From Acidobacteriota bacterium (lineage in GTDB: Bacteria; Acidobacteriota; UBA890; WLXD01), in assembly GCA_963666055.2 (NCBI GenBank), contig CAXWPH010000015.1, positions 512,001 through 576,000 of the forward strand: DNA of 64,000 bases, in the 5' to 3' direction. The position numbers and the translations under genes are program-made. The notes below the pieces were generated by a model, which saw only the letters and a program-made list of their open reading frames with translations, was not told the origin of the DNA and did not search any database. This document shows positions 52,343-62,479 of the stretch, one piece after another (positions within the stretch are counted from its first letter, which is position 1; every line of letters starts with the position of its first letter).

Positions 52343-54241
52343 CTACCGAACGATCGGTAGCACCACGTAGGAGGCGTAGTCGCCCGCGTGGTGGATGGTG
52401 TTGTGCGCCACCACCCACTCTGTCTCGTCGAAGTTGTTTCCCCCGGTGTTCAGGTTGCGATCAAAGCGCGGAAAGCTGGAGCTCGACACCTCCACGCGAA
52501 TCCTGTGCCTGGGCCCGAAGTAGTTGCTGGTGGCGTGCATATCGACCCGCAGGGCGTATACGTCGCCTGGGCTCATCCACACTGAGCGATCGAAGCCCTC
52601 CCGATAGCGCGCTCGCAGGATGCCTTCCTGCACATTGTAGGCGGTGCCGTCCGGATACACGTCGACCAGCTTGACGAGGAAGTCGGTGTCCCTGGCCGAG
52701 GACGATACGTACAGCATCGCCTCGATCGGCCCGGTCACCTCAACGCCCGCCTCGAGCGGCGGCGTCGTGTACACGAGCACGTCCTGCCGCGTCTCGACCT
52801 CCCGCTGATCGAACGACCCTCCCTCGGCATCGGGCGTACCCGAACAACAGAAGTTCCCTCCCCGCGACGGCACCGGCGTGGCCGGGTCGTAGGTGTACCG
52901 GTCGGGCGGTTCGTCGCCGGGAGACGCGACCGATAGCACGCCGCTGCCGAAGCGACTGTTGGCCCGTCCGTCGCTATGCAGGTAGTACCTAGCAAACCGG
53001 GTATCGGGTACGGGCCACTGCGGCGCGGAGCGCCACTCGTTCCTACCCATCAGGTAGTACTGCACCTTGGGCATCGTGGTGATGCCGTTGTCCACGCCTG
53101 CGAGCCAGTGATCGAACCAATCGACGTAGATCCTCCAGAAATCTTTACGGGCATCGCCGAGGTCGCGCTCCCCGACGATGGTGCGCTGCGTGGTTCTCTC
53201 CGAGCCGCAGTGCGTCGTCGGCGAGATGATCACGAACTGGTTGTCACGCGCGCGGGTGCTCTCGGAATTGCGCTGCAGCAGGTTGAACTCGTAGAGGGTC
53301 TCGGCAACGCCGTAGTCGTACCAGGAGTTGATGAACAGCGCGGGAACGTCGAAGCGATCCTCGTCGGTCAGGTAGTGGAACTGGTCCCACCAAGGGTCGG
53401 TGAGCGGTGTCGACACGACACGCTCCCAATCGGTCGGAGGCGTGCGGCCCTTGTCCATCATGTCCACGATGGGCAAGGTCGGCCAGATCTCCGCGTGATC
53501 GATGTCGGGTAGCTTCGGGGCTGGATCGAAGTACTGCGCATCGCCAGACGCGAGCCACTCGCCGCGGTCCATTTGCGGCGGCGGCGCGTAGTAGATCTTG
53601 TTGCCGCTGCCGCGGAACCAGCCGAAGCCGAGGGCCAGCTCGATGGCGCCCCCGTTGATGAGCCCGAAGTAGCGATATCGCCCGCCCGCGGAACCCACGG
53701 CACCGCCTGTGGCCTGCGGGATCATGGCCGCATGATGGGGGTTCCTGAGCGTCGCCTGGAACATCTGATAGTCGCCCGGCGAGGAGCAGCCATAGGTCCC
53801 CACCCGGCCGTTGGACCAGGGCTGCGCCGCCAGCCAGTCCACCGTGTCGTAGCCGTCCTCAGCGTCGCCGCCGTAGACCAGGAACCGTCCCTCCGATTCG
53901 TACCGCCCACGCTTGTCCTGCACGGCGACCACGTGCCCCCGGCCGGCGAACAGATTCGCCACCGACCGAGGCCGGCTGCGGTAGGCGTTCTTGTCGTACG
54001 GGGTACGGATCAGAACGGTCGGCAGCCGGTCTCCGGCGCCCTCGGGGAAATACAAGTCGGTGGACAGGCGCACCCCGTCGCGCATCGGGACCATGGCGCT
54101 TCGTTGCAGACGCACCTGGTGCGTCGCGCTCGGCATGTCGTACTGCGCCGGACCGGCGCTCAGCGGCTGGGCCGCGGGCTCGACAGAGCCGGCCGATACC
54201 GCGGCCGCGACGAACAGGAGGCCGAAAAGGACACGCCGCAT
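52343..54241 (-). CDS. CocE/NonD family hydrolase
   Basis: VPMRDGVRLSTD, RTPY, GRYESEG, GCSSPG, SSSFPRFDRN. Confidence 0.92.
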   Translation of the reverse strand: MRRVLFGLLFVAAAVSAGSVEPAAQPLSAGPAQYDMPSATHQVRLQRSAMVPMRDGVRLSTDLYFPEGAGDRLPTVLIRTPYDKNAYRSRPRSVANLFAGRGHVVAVQDKRGRYESEGRFLVYGGDAEDGYDTVDWLAAQPWSNGRVGTYGCSSPGDYQMFQATLRNPHHAAMIPQATGGAVGSAGGRYRYFGLINGGAIELALGFGWFRGSGNKIYYAPPPQMDRGEWLASGDAQYFDPAPKLPDIDHAEIWPTLPIVDMMDKGRTPPTDWERVVSTPLTDPWWDQFHYLTDEDRFDVPALFINSWYDYGVAETLYEFNLLQRNSESTRARDNQFVIISPTTHCGSERTTQRTIVGERDLGDARKDFWRIYVDWFDHWLAGVDNGITTMPKVQYYLMGRNEWRSAPQWPVPDTRFARYYLHSDGRANSRFGSGVLSVASPGDEPPDRYTYDPATPVPSRGGNFCCSGTPDAEGGSFDQREVETRQDVLVYTTPPLEAGVEVTGPIEAMLYVSSSARDTDFLVKLVDVYPDGTAYNVQEGILRARYREGFDRSVWMSPGDVYALRVDMHATSNYFGPRHRIRVEVSSSSFPRFDRNLNTGGNNFDETEWVVAHNTIHHAGDYASYVVLPIVR

Positions 54242-54393
54242 GAATCACCTCCTCGTTGGCTGCCAAGATCCGCACGCCACAGCGGTCAGATCTGACCACA
54301 GGCTCACTACGGGCTCAACTGGAGACCCCCTTGACCCGATGGCCGAGACAGCCCTAGTCTCGCCCCTCGATGCACCACCAGCAGGTCTACTCA

Positions 54394-55296
54394 ATGCAAC
54401 GCAGCCTCGTTCCCGCCCTCGCACTGATTTGTTGGGCTGTCGCGTCCAACGCACCGGCAAGTGTTGCGGCCGAACCGGAAACGATCCCCCTCTGGGAAGG
54501 CCGTGCTCCGGGAGCGCTTGGCGACGAAGACGCGGACACGCCGACTCTGACTATCTACCGCGCGTACGGCGGCGCGGGCGCTGCAACCGCCGCCATCGTG
54601 GCCCCTGGCGGGGGCTACCAGGACCTGGCGATGAATCACGAGGGTCGGCAGGCCGCCAACTGGCTCAATTCGCTCGGCATCACCGCGTTCGTTTTGAAGT
54701 ACCGGCTGGGGCCGCGCTACCGGCACCCAATTGAGCTTGGCGATGCGCAGCGCGCCATGCGGCTCGTCCGCTCGCGAGCGGATGAGTTTGGTATTTCGCC
54801 CGAACGCATCGGCATGATGGGCTTCTCCGCGGGCGGCCATCTCGCCACCACCGCCGGCACGCGCTTCGACAACGGCGATCCCGATGCCAGCGACCCGATC
54901 GAACGCTCCAGCAGCCGACCCGACTTTCTGATCCTCGCCTATCCGGTGATCACTCTTGTCGCCGAACATGCGCACCAAGGCTCGGCCGCAGCGCTACTCG
55001 GCAAGGATGCCGCCACAAGCTTGCGCCGCGACCTCTCTAGTCACCTGCAAGTCACGCCCGAGACGCCGCCCACCTTCCTGTTTGCAACGAGCGGCGACAC
55101 TAGCGTGCCGGCGGAGAACAGCATCGACTTCTACCTGGCGCTGCGCCGAGCTGGCGTAGCGGCGGAGATTCATGTTTTCGAGTCGGGCCCCCATGGCGTC
55201 GGCCTGGCGCTGGGCGATCCTGTGCTGGCTCAGTGGCCCGTGCTGGCGGCAAATTGGCTTCGCGCCCACGGCCTTATCGAGCCTGGCCTTCGCTAG
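54394..55296 (+). CDS. Secreted alpha/beta hydrolase (acetyl-esterase-like)
   Basis: PGGGY, GFSAGGH, D..VP, HGVG. Confidence 0.9.
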   Translation: MQRSLVPALALICWAVASNAPASVAAEPETIPLWEGRAPGALGDEDADTPTLTIYRAYGGAGAATAAIVAPGGGYQDLAMNHEGRQAANWLNSLGITAFVLKYRLGPRYRHPIELGDAQRAMRLVRSRADEFGISPERIGMMGFSAGGHLATTAGTRFDNGDPDASDPIERSSSRPDFLILAYPVITLVAEHAHQGSAAALLGKDAATSLRRDLSSHLQVTPETPPTFLFATSGDTSVPAENSIDFYLALRRAGVAAEIHVFESGPHGVGLALGDPVLAQWPVLAANWLRAHGLIEPGLR

Positions 55297-55327
55297 GACA
55301 AATCCCGAGCGACGGAGGACCATCGAA

Positions 55328-57256
55328 GTGCTTCGAGTCACTCCCCTACGGCCTTTTCGACCGTCCCGGACCGTCCGTGCTCGTGTCACATCGATCGGCC
55401 TGCCGCTACTGATCGCTCTGTGGGCGAGTGTTCTCTCGGGTCAGCAGGGCTTGCCGCGCAACCAGGCCCTCTATGTGACGATGCGCGACGGAGTCAAGAT
55501 TGCGATCGATGTCTGGTTACCTGCAAACCTGGAGCCTGACCAGGAGATCCCGACGGTTCTTCGTGCAACGCGCTACTGGCGCGCCACCGATACCCGCAGC
55601 GGCAGGCCCGAGGACGATCGCAACTTTGGCGAGGCGGAGCGCTTCAACAGCAATGGGTACGCACTGGTCCTGGTCGACGCGCGCGGCAGTGGAGCTTCCT
55701 TCGGTACCCGGCCCTATGAGCTCAGCCAAGAAGAGGTGCAGGACTACGGTGAGGTCGTCGATTGGGTCGTCGGGCAGCCCTGGTCCAACGGTCGGGTTGG
55801 AGCGTGGGGGGTCTCCTACTCGGGCAACACGGCGGAGATGCTGGCCGTAACCGGTCACCCAGCGGTCAAGGCGATCGCACCGCTGTTCAACGACTTCGAC
55901 AACTTCGGTCACTTGGTGTTTCCGAACAGCTTGCTCACCGTCGGCTTCCTGCAAGCCTGGGGCAAGGCGGTTCATGACATGGACATGAACGATATCTGCG
56001 CGCTGCGGGATGTGACCGGAGACGCCTGTGCCGGGCTCGAGCAGCAAACGAGTGGCGTGAAGCCGGTCGACAGCGATCATGACCGGCAACAGCTAGCTGC
56101 CGCGATCCGCCAGCATGCCGGCAACACCCAGCCATACCTCGCAGCGCTGGACTACGACTTCCGCGACGACCCCTTCGGCTCCGCCGGCGTGCGAGACGTG
56201 GGCTTCAAGCGCAGCCCTGCCGGTTACCTACCTCAGATCGAGGCGTCGGGAGTGGCGATGTTGATTCGGGTCGGCTGGCTGGATGCCGCAACCGTCAACG
56301 GCGCTCTCGGCCGCTACACTACGATCGACAATCCACAGCTGGTGAAGATCGGGCCCTGGGACCACGGGGCTAGCAACGACACCGATCCGTTCAAGCCTGT
56401 AGCAACAGCGGTCTCGCCTTCTCGCCAGGCACAAGACGAGGAATTGATCGAGTTCTTCGATCAGTTCCTCAAGTCAGACAGCCCGGTGAAGCCAGCGAGC
56501 CGTATCGACTACTACACGATGGGCTCCGGTCAATGGAAGAGCACTCAGGTGTGGCCGCCCGAGGGGTTCTCACCTCAGCGTTGGTACTTTGGTGCCGGCT
56601 CGGCATTGACCAGGGACGCGCCGCAGGCAACCGGCGCCGACAGCTACACAGTGGACTTCGAGGCCACTACCGGACGGCACAATCGCTGGTTCACCAATGG
56701 TGGGGCCGGAGACGTGATCTACCCCGATCGTGCCCAAGCGGATCAACGACTCCTGACGTACGACAGCAGCCCAATGAGCAGCGACGTCGAGATCACCGGG
56801 CACCCATTGGTGACGCTCTACGCAGCTTCTACACACAGCGACGGCGCATTCATCGCCTATCTTGAAGACGTCGCTCCGGACGGGAAGGTGACCTATATCA
56901 CCGAAGGCGGGCTGCGCGCCGTGGTTCGACGCGTGACGGAGGAACCTCCCCTCTACACGAAGTTCGGACCTCACCGCACGGAGAGGCGTGCCGACGCCTG
57001 GCACCTGATACCGGGAGAAGTCGCCGAGCTGACGTTCGACCTTTGGGCTACGTCCGTCCTCATCAAGAAGGGACACAGAATTCGCGTGGCGATCGCGGGA
57101 GCAGACCAGGATACGTTCTTACGCTACCCCAAAGAGGGCGGTACCCCGACGATCACCGTGTACCGGGACCGCTTGCACGCGTCCCCATATCGAGCTACCC
57201 GTCAGGGCACGCTAATCGCTGCCCACTGCGAAACCCGGGCCACTTCCTCTGCGTAA
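55328..57256 (+). CDS. CocE/NonD family hydrolase
   Basis: TMRDGVKIAID, DARGSGAS, GVSYSG, GPWDH. The real end is probably 57215 (HASHIELPVRAR*) if the extra C at 57183-57186 is an error. Confidence 0.88.
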   Translation: MLRVTPLRPFRPSRTVRARVTSIGLPLLIALWASVLSGQQGLPRNQALYVTMRDGVKIAIDVWLPANLEPDQEIPTVLRATRYWRATDTRSGRPEDDRNFGEAERFNSNGYALVLVDARGSGASFGTRPYELSQEEVQDYGEVVDWVVGQPWSNGRVGAWGVSYSGNTAEMLAVTGHPAVKAIAPLFNDFDNFGHLVFPNSLLTVGFLQAWGKAVHDMDMNDICALRDVTGDACAGLEQQTSGVKPVDSDHDRQQLAAAIRQHAGNTQPYLAALDYDFRDDPFGSAGVRDVGFKRSPAGYLPQIEASGVAMLIRVGWLDAATVNGALGRYTTIDNPQLVKIGPWDHGASNDTDPFKPVATAVSPSRQAQDEELIEFFDQFLKSDSPVKPASRIDYYTMGSGQWKSTQVWPPEGFSPQRWYFGAGSALTRDAPQATGADSYTVDFEATTGRHNRWFTNGGAGDVIYPDRAQADQRLLTYDSSPMSSDVEITGHPLVTLYAASTHSDGAFIAYLEDVAPDGKVTYITEGGLRAVVRRVTEEPPLYTKFGPHRTERRADAWHLIPGEVAELTFDLWATSVLIKKGHRIRVAIAGADQDTFLRYPKEGGTPTITVYRDRLHASPYRATRQGTLIAAHCETRATSSA

Positions 57257-57319
57257 TGCAAGCAAGGAGAGCCCGGACGCCCGACCGTCGCCCGCTCCTC
57301 CCCGTTTCCGAGGCCGGTC

Positions 57320-59782
57320 ATGATCACCCAGAAGCTCCGCACCACGATACGCAAGCTCGCCCTGTCGCCCTTCTTCTCGATCGTCGCGATCTTGACGTTG
57401 GCTTTGGGGATCGGCGCCAACACCGCCGTGTTCAGCGTCGTCAACGGGGTGCTGCTCTCGCCGCTCCCCTTCCACGAGCCGGAACGGCTGGTGGGCGTGT
57501 GGCACACGGCGCCGGGCCTGGGCTTGGAGTTCGTCAACCAGTCGCCGGCCCTCTACTTCACCTACCGGGAGCACAGCGAGCTGTTCGAGGACACCGGCAT
57601 GTGGAGCAACGACTCCTCCTCGATCACCGGGATGGACGAGCCGGAACAGGTGTCGAGCATCTACGTGACCGACGGCACCTTGCCGATTCTGCGCACCACA
57701 CCGCTGATCGGGCGGATGTTCAGCTCGGAAGATGATGCACCGGAGGCACCATCTACTGTCGTGATCAGTCATCGCTACTGGCAGGAGCGCTTCGGAGGGA
57801 ACCCGAGCATTTTGGGTACGAGCCTTCAGGTCGACGGCACGCAGACGGAAATCATCGGCGTGACACGGCCCGACTTACATTTTCTGGACTCCGACCCAGC
57901 GATCTACCTGCCGTTCCAGTTCGATCGCGGCGAGGTGTTCTTCGGCAACTTCAGCTACCAGGGCATCGCGAGGCTCAAGCCTGGCGTCACGCTCGAGCAG
58001 GTCGACGATGAGATGGCCCGGATGATCCAGATCACCATAGAGACCTTCCCGCTGCCCGGTGGGTTCTCGGCGGAGATGATCCAGCAGATCGGATTCGGCC
58101 CCGCCGTGCGACCACTCAAGCAGGACGTCGTAGGCAACGTCGGCTCCGTGCTCTGGGTGCTCCTCGGTACCGTCGGTATGGTCTTGCTGATCGCCTGCGC
58201 TAACGTCGCCAATCTCTTTCTGGTTCGGGCCGAGGGGCGTCAGCAGGAGTTGGCGATCCGCACTGCCCTGGGGGCGAGCCGCGGCCGCCTTGCCCGTGAG
58301 CTGCTGGGAGAGAGCTTGATGCTCGGCCTGCTCGGTGGCGCGGCCGGCCTGGCGCTCGCGGCCGCGGGTATTCGTTTCCTCGTTGCCCTGCAGCTTCAGG
58401 GGCTACCGCGACTCGACGAGATCGGCATCAACCCCGCGGTGCTGGGGTTCACGCTGTTGCTGTCGGTGCTGGCCGGTCTTTTCTTCGGTACTTTCCCGAT
58501 TGCCAAGATGGGCACGGCTCGATTGGTCGACGCGCTCAAAGAGGGCGGCCGTGGCGGCAGTGCCGGGCGCCAACGCCACCGTGTGCGCAGCGCGCTGGTT
58601 GTGGCGCAAGTGGCTCTGGCGCTGGTGCTGCTCGTCGGTTCGGGTTTGATGATCCGCAGCTTTCGCGCCTTGCGCGACGTCGATCCGGGTTTCCGCGATC
58701 CGCAGGAAGTGCTGACGCTGCGGGTGACGATCCCCACGGCTGAGGTGCCGGACAATGCGGAGGCGGCGCAACTGCACGAGACGCTGCTGCGTAGCATCCA
58801 GGCGATCCCGGGTGTGCGTGCTGCCGGCATGACGAGCTCAATCACCATGGATGGATGGGACAGCAACGACCCCATCATCCGCGAGGACAGCCCGCCGATA
58901 AACAATCAGATGCCGCCGCTCAGACGTTTCAAGTGGATCGCCCCCGGCTACTTCGAGACCATGGGCAATACGATCGTGTCGGGCCGCGACTTCACCTGGG
59001 CCGACCTGCACGACCGTGCCCCGGTGGCGATCCTCACCGAGGACACGGCTCGCGAGTTCTGGACCGAGCCGTCGGCAGCGATCGGCCAGCGCATCAAGAA
59101 CGCGCCGGAGAGCCCGTGGCGCGAGGTCGTCGGAGTGGTCGGAAACATACATGACGATGGGGTCGACCAACCGACCACCAAGACCGTCTTCTGGCCGATG
59201 GTATCGGAGGGTTTTTGGGAGGAAGGTTTGTTCGTCCGCCGCTCGATGGCTTTCGTCGTGCGCTCGGAGCGCATCGGCACCTCAGGTCTGCTCGATGAGA
59301 TCCGCAGCACTATCTGGGACGCCAATGCCAGCCTGCCGCTGGCTCAGGTGCGTACGCTCCAGGAGATCCTCGACCGCTCGATGGCCCGCACCTCGTTCAC
59401 GCTGACGATGCTCGGGATCGCCGCCGTTGCCGCGGTGCTGCTCGGAGCCATCGGGATCTATGGCGTGACCTCCTACATCGTCTCGCAGCGAACCCGCGAG
59501 ATCGGCGTGCGCATGGCGATGGGAGCCCTCCAGGCAGACATCAGCCAGCTGGTGCTTCGCCAGGCGGCCGTTCTGGCCCTGGTCGGCGTCGGACTCGGCC
59601 TGATTACTGCCTTCGGACTCACCCGCCTGATGGCATCGCTACTATATGGCGTCAGCCCGGTCGACCCGATGACGTTCTCGGCAGTGGCCGTCGGGGTGAC
59701 GACCGTGGCGCTGTTGGCGAGCTACCTGCCAGCGCGGCGCGCGGCGCGCGTTGAGCCTGTGGAAGCGCTGCGCTGGGACTAG
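57320..59782 (+). CDS. ADOP-type duplicated ABC transporter permease (MacB/FtsX)
   Basis: TLALGIGANTAVFS, LLIACANVANL, QRTREIGVRMAMGA, PARRAARVEP. Confidence 0.93.
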   Translation: MITQKLRTTIRKLALSPFFSIVAILTLALGIGANTAVFSVVNGVLLSPLPFHEPERLVGVWHTAPGLGLEFVNQSPALYFTYREHSELFEDTGMWSNDSSSITGMDEPEQVSSIYVTDGTLPILRTTPLIGRMFSSEDDAPEAPSTVVISHRYWQERFGGNPSILGTSLQVDGTQTEIIGVTRPDLHFLDSDPAIYLPFQFDRGEVFFGNFSYQGIARLKPGVTLEQVDDEMARMIQITIETFPLPGGFSAEMIQQIGFGPAVRPLKQDVVGNVGSVLWVLLGTVGMVLLIACANVANLFLVRAEGRQQELAIRTALGASRGRLARELLGESLMLGLLGGAAGLALAAAGIRFLVALQLQGLPRLDEIGINPAVLGFTLLLSVLAGLFFGTFPIAKMGTARLVDALKEGGRGGSAGRQRHRVRSALVVAQVALALVLLVGSGLMIRSFRALRDVDPGFRDPQEVLTLRVTIPTAEVPDNAEAAQLHETLLRSIQAIPGVRAAGMTSSITMDGWDSNDPIIREDSPPINNQMPPLRRFKWIAPGYFETMGNTIVSGRDFTWADLHDRAPVAILTEDTAREFWTEPSAAIGQRIKNAPESPWREVVGVVGNIHDDGVDQPTTKTVFWPMVSEGFWEEGLFVRRSMAFVVRSERIGTSGLLDEIRSTIWDANASLPLAQVRTLQEILDRSMARTSFTLTMLGIAAVAAVLLGAIGIYGVTSYIVSQRTREIGVRMAMGALQADISQLVLRQAAVLALVGVGLGLITAFGLTRLMASLLYGVSPVDPMTFSAVAVGVTTVALLASYLPARRAARVEPVEALRWD

Positions 59783-59888
59783 TGGCCTAGGGGCCTGAGT
59801 CAGGACGCTACCAGGCCGCTCCCGCTTTCCGATTACAATCGTGCCGCGGCTCCTGCAGGCGGGCGCCGTTCCAGAAAAGGACGTCGCT

Positions 59889-61286
59889 ATGAGCTCGACG
59901 CGAAGAGGCTTTCTCACGGGTGCGGCGACAGTGGGAGGCGGAGCCGCTCTGGGCCGGCGCGTCGTGGCCTTCCTGACCGGACGGTCGATGACCGCGTACG
60001 CCGCCCTGGGAGGGATGAGCACCGCCCAATCTGCCATTACCCACGGTCCGTTCGTGGGGCACCTGACATCCACGAGCGCGACGTTGTGGGCCAAGTGCTC
60101 AACACCGGGTTTGTATTACCTCACCGCTCATGGAATCGGTGGGCGTGAGGCGCTGGTGGCTACGGCAGAGGCGACCCCCGACAACGATATGTGCGTCGTC
60201 TGGCAGGTAACGGAACTTCAGGCAGACACCAGATACACCTACGAGGCTGCTTATCAGGATCAGCCAATCCTCAGCGACGTGGACACTTTCTTCGTGACGC
60301 CCGCCGCCGAGAGCGCACCAACGCTCACCCGATTGGCTTTCGGATCGTGTGCGTATGAGGACCGTGAATCGTCTGCGGTGTGGCGTCGAATGTCCGCGGT
60401 GGACCCGCATGCCATCGTGCTGTTGGGAGATACCCCCTATATCAATTCGACGGCGCTGGAGGTTCAGCGAACCCGATATGCCGAGTTCGCGGCGGTCCTC
60501 GACTTTGCCGACCTGCTGCGCAACAGGTCGCTCTATGCCACCTGGGACGACCACGACTTCGGCGCCAACGACACCGATGGACAACTCGACGGCAAGGCGA
60601 ACGCGCGTCGCGCTTTTATCGAGTATCACGCCAATCCGTCGTACGGGGACGGAGACCACGGCATCTACACGAAGTTCCGGCGCGGTGGCGTCGAAGTGTT
60701 TCTTCTCGACACTCGGTATTTCGCGGGCACGGAATCCTCGCCGGTTGCCGCGGACCAACCAACGCTGCTTGGCCGACAACAGTGGGAGTGGCTGCGCCAG
60801 GAACTCCGGGCGTCGACCGCGCCCTTCAAGCTATTGGCTTCGGGGATGATCTGGAATGGAGCCGTGCGACCTGGCAAGCCCGATCACTGGGAAAGCTATC
60901 CGCATGAGCGAGCGGCGCTGTTTCGCTTCATCGGACAGGAGGAGATTCCCGGGGTGGTGCTGGTAGGCGGCGATATTCATCGAACCCGTGTCCTACGACA
61001 CGAGACGACCGAGACAGCCGGATATCCGCTCCTGGAGCTGATCACATCGCCCATCCACGCAAGCGTTATCGACGCCGCGAACGCGCCCCACCCCGCGTTG
61101 GTTCACGACTCGGGTGAGCCCCATTCGTTTCTCCTCATCACCGTGGATACGACCGTGACGCCGGCCATCCTCGTCGCCCAGTTTCAGAACGCGGCGGGAC
61201 GTGAGCTGCATTCGCTCACCCTGAGTACCGAGAACCTATCGGCGGCACGAGAGACGGTCGAGGGGACCATCCGCAGATCCGAATAA
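59889..61286 (+). CDS. phoD: Alkaline phosphatase D family protein with Tat signal
   Basis: STRRGFL, FGSC, LGDTPY, WDDHD, LDTR, GDIH. Confidence 0.88.
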   Translation: MSSTRRGFLTGAATVGGGAALGRRVVAFLTGRSMTAYAALGGMSTAQSAITHGPFVGHLTSTSATLWAKCSTPGLYYLTAHGIGGREALVATAEATPDNDMCVVWQVTELQADTRYTYEAAYQDQPILSDVDTFFVTPAAESAPTLTRLAFGSCAYEDRESSAVWRRMSAVDPHAIVLLGDTPYINSTALEVQRTRYAEFAAVLDFADLLRNRSLYATWDDHDFGANDTDGQLDGKANARRAFIEYHANPSYGDGDHGIYTKFRRGGVEVFLLDTRYFAGTESSPVAADQPTLLGRQQWEWLRQELRASTAPFKLLASGMIWNGAVRPGKPDHWESYPHERAALFRFIGQEEIPGVVLVGGDIHRTRVLRHETTETAGYPLLELITSPIHASVIDAANAPHPALVHDSGEPHSFLLITVDTTVTPAILVAQFQNAAGRELHSLTLSTENLSAARETVEGTIRRSE

Positions 61287-61302
61287 GGGAACGGAGTGCC
61301 AC

Positions 61303-62268
61303 ATGCACCGAACGTCACTGACTCGAGCCACCATGCTCGGCGGCTGCCTACTGCTCTTGCTCGTCGTTGGTCTGCACGTACAGCCCGTGGCGGCGCAGAG
61401 CATGAGCTCCAAGATCGCTTTCGTGTCGAACCGGGATGGCAACGCTGAGATCTATGTCATGGACGCGGACGGCTCCAACGTGACGCGACTGACCAACAAC
61501 CCGGGCTTCGACGGCGCCCCGACGTGGTCACCCGACGGTACGCGGATCGCGTTCGCATCGTCGCGCCACGAAAACAGCGACATCTACATCATGAACGCGG
61601 ACGGCTCCGACGTGACGCGGCTGACAAACGACCCGGCCAATGACGGCGGGCCCTCGTGGTCGCCCGACGGCTCGATGATCGCCTTCGATTCCAACCGCAG
61701 CGGCAGCTCGCAAGTGTGGCGCACGAACGTCGACGAGGGAAGCTGGGGATACAACCCGACGCAGCTGACCGAGGACCATCCTCTGGGACGAGTGAACAAC
61801 TTCCTGGCATGGTCGCCGGACGGCCTTTGGATCGCCTTCGAAGCGGATCGGGACCGGGACGACCCAGAGATCTACCTCGCAAACGCCGTCGACGGCACCA
61901 ACCAACAGCGGTTGACGTTCACCCGTGCCCTCGACGAAGTGCCCAACTGGACCCCCGATAGCAAGCAGATTGTCTACTCGACGGATCGCGACGGCGAGCC
62001 GCAGAACGGCAACTACGAGATCTACATCATGAACGTCGACGGCTCCAACAAGCGCCGGCTGACCGACGTCCCAGGGGCCGACTCGTACCCCTCGGTGTCG
62101 GCCGACGGCACACGGATTGCTTTCGATTCCTCTCGGGCTGGTGGCCGCGACATCTATGTCATGAACATCGATGGAACGAACCAGGCTCGGCTAACGACCT
62201 CGGGTCGCGCAGGCACCGATAATCAGGCGGGAGTGTCCAACAGCAACCCCACCTGGTCGCCGTATTAG
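61303..62268 (+). CDS. Secreted TolB-like PD40-repeat protein
   Basis: Repeated IAFxSxRDG..EIYVM.ADGS and PTWSPDG units. Confidence 0.9.
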   Translation: MHRTSLTRATMLGGCLLLLLVVGLHVQPVAAQSMSSKIAFVSNRDGNAEIYVMDADGSNVTRLTNNPGFDGAPTWSPDGTRIAFASSRHENSDIYIMNADGSDVTRLTNDPANDGGPSWSPDGSMIAFDSNRSGSSQVWRTNVDEGSWGYNPTQLTEDHPLGRVNNFLAWSPDGLWIAFEADRDRDDPEIYLANAVDGTNQQRLTFTRALDEVPNWTPDSKQIVYSTDRDGEPQNGNYEIYIMNVDGSNKRRLTDVPGADSYPSVSADGTRIAFDSSRAGGRDIYVMNIDGTNQARLTTSGRAGTDNQAGVSNSNPTWSPY

Positions 62269-62305
62269 TGTCCTGACTCAGAACACTAGCGTCCGTGGCG
62301 GCCTG

Positions 62306-62479
62306 CTAGCAGGCCGTGGTGGAAGTGTGGCGGGCCTGGCGACAGGGTCTTGCGAGGAGGAGGCAAGGAGAGAGGAGGAGGCGATGGCTGCCCCATCGTT
62401 GACGACGAGCGACGCAGCATACGCGCGCAACCCCCTATCGCCCGGAGGGTTACGGCACACTTCCACCACGGCCTGCTAG
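62306..62479. mobile_element. MITE copy 2 (174 bp, internally deleted)
   Basis: ctagcaggccgtggtggaagtgtg ... cacacttccaccacggcctgctag; body aligns to copy 1 but lacks the internal hairpin segment. Confidence 0.85.
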
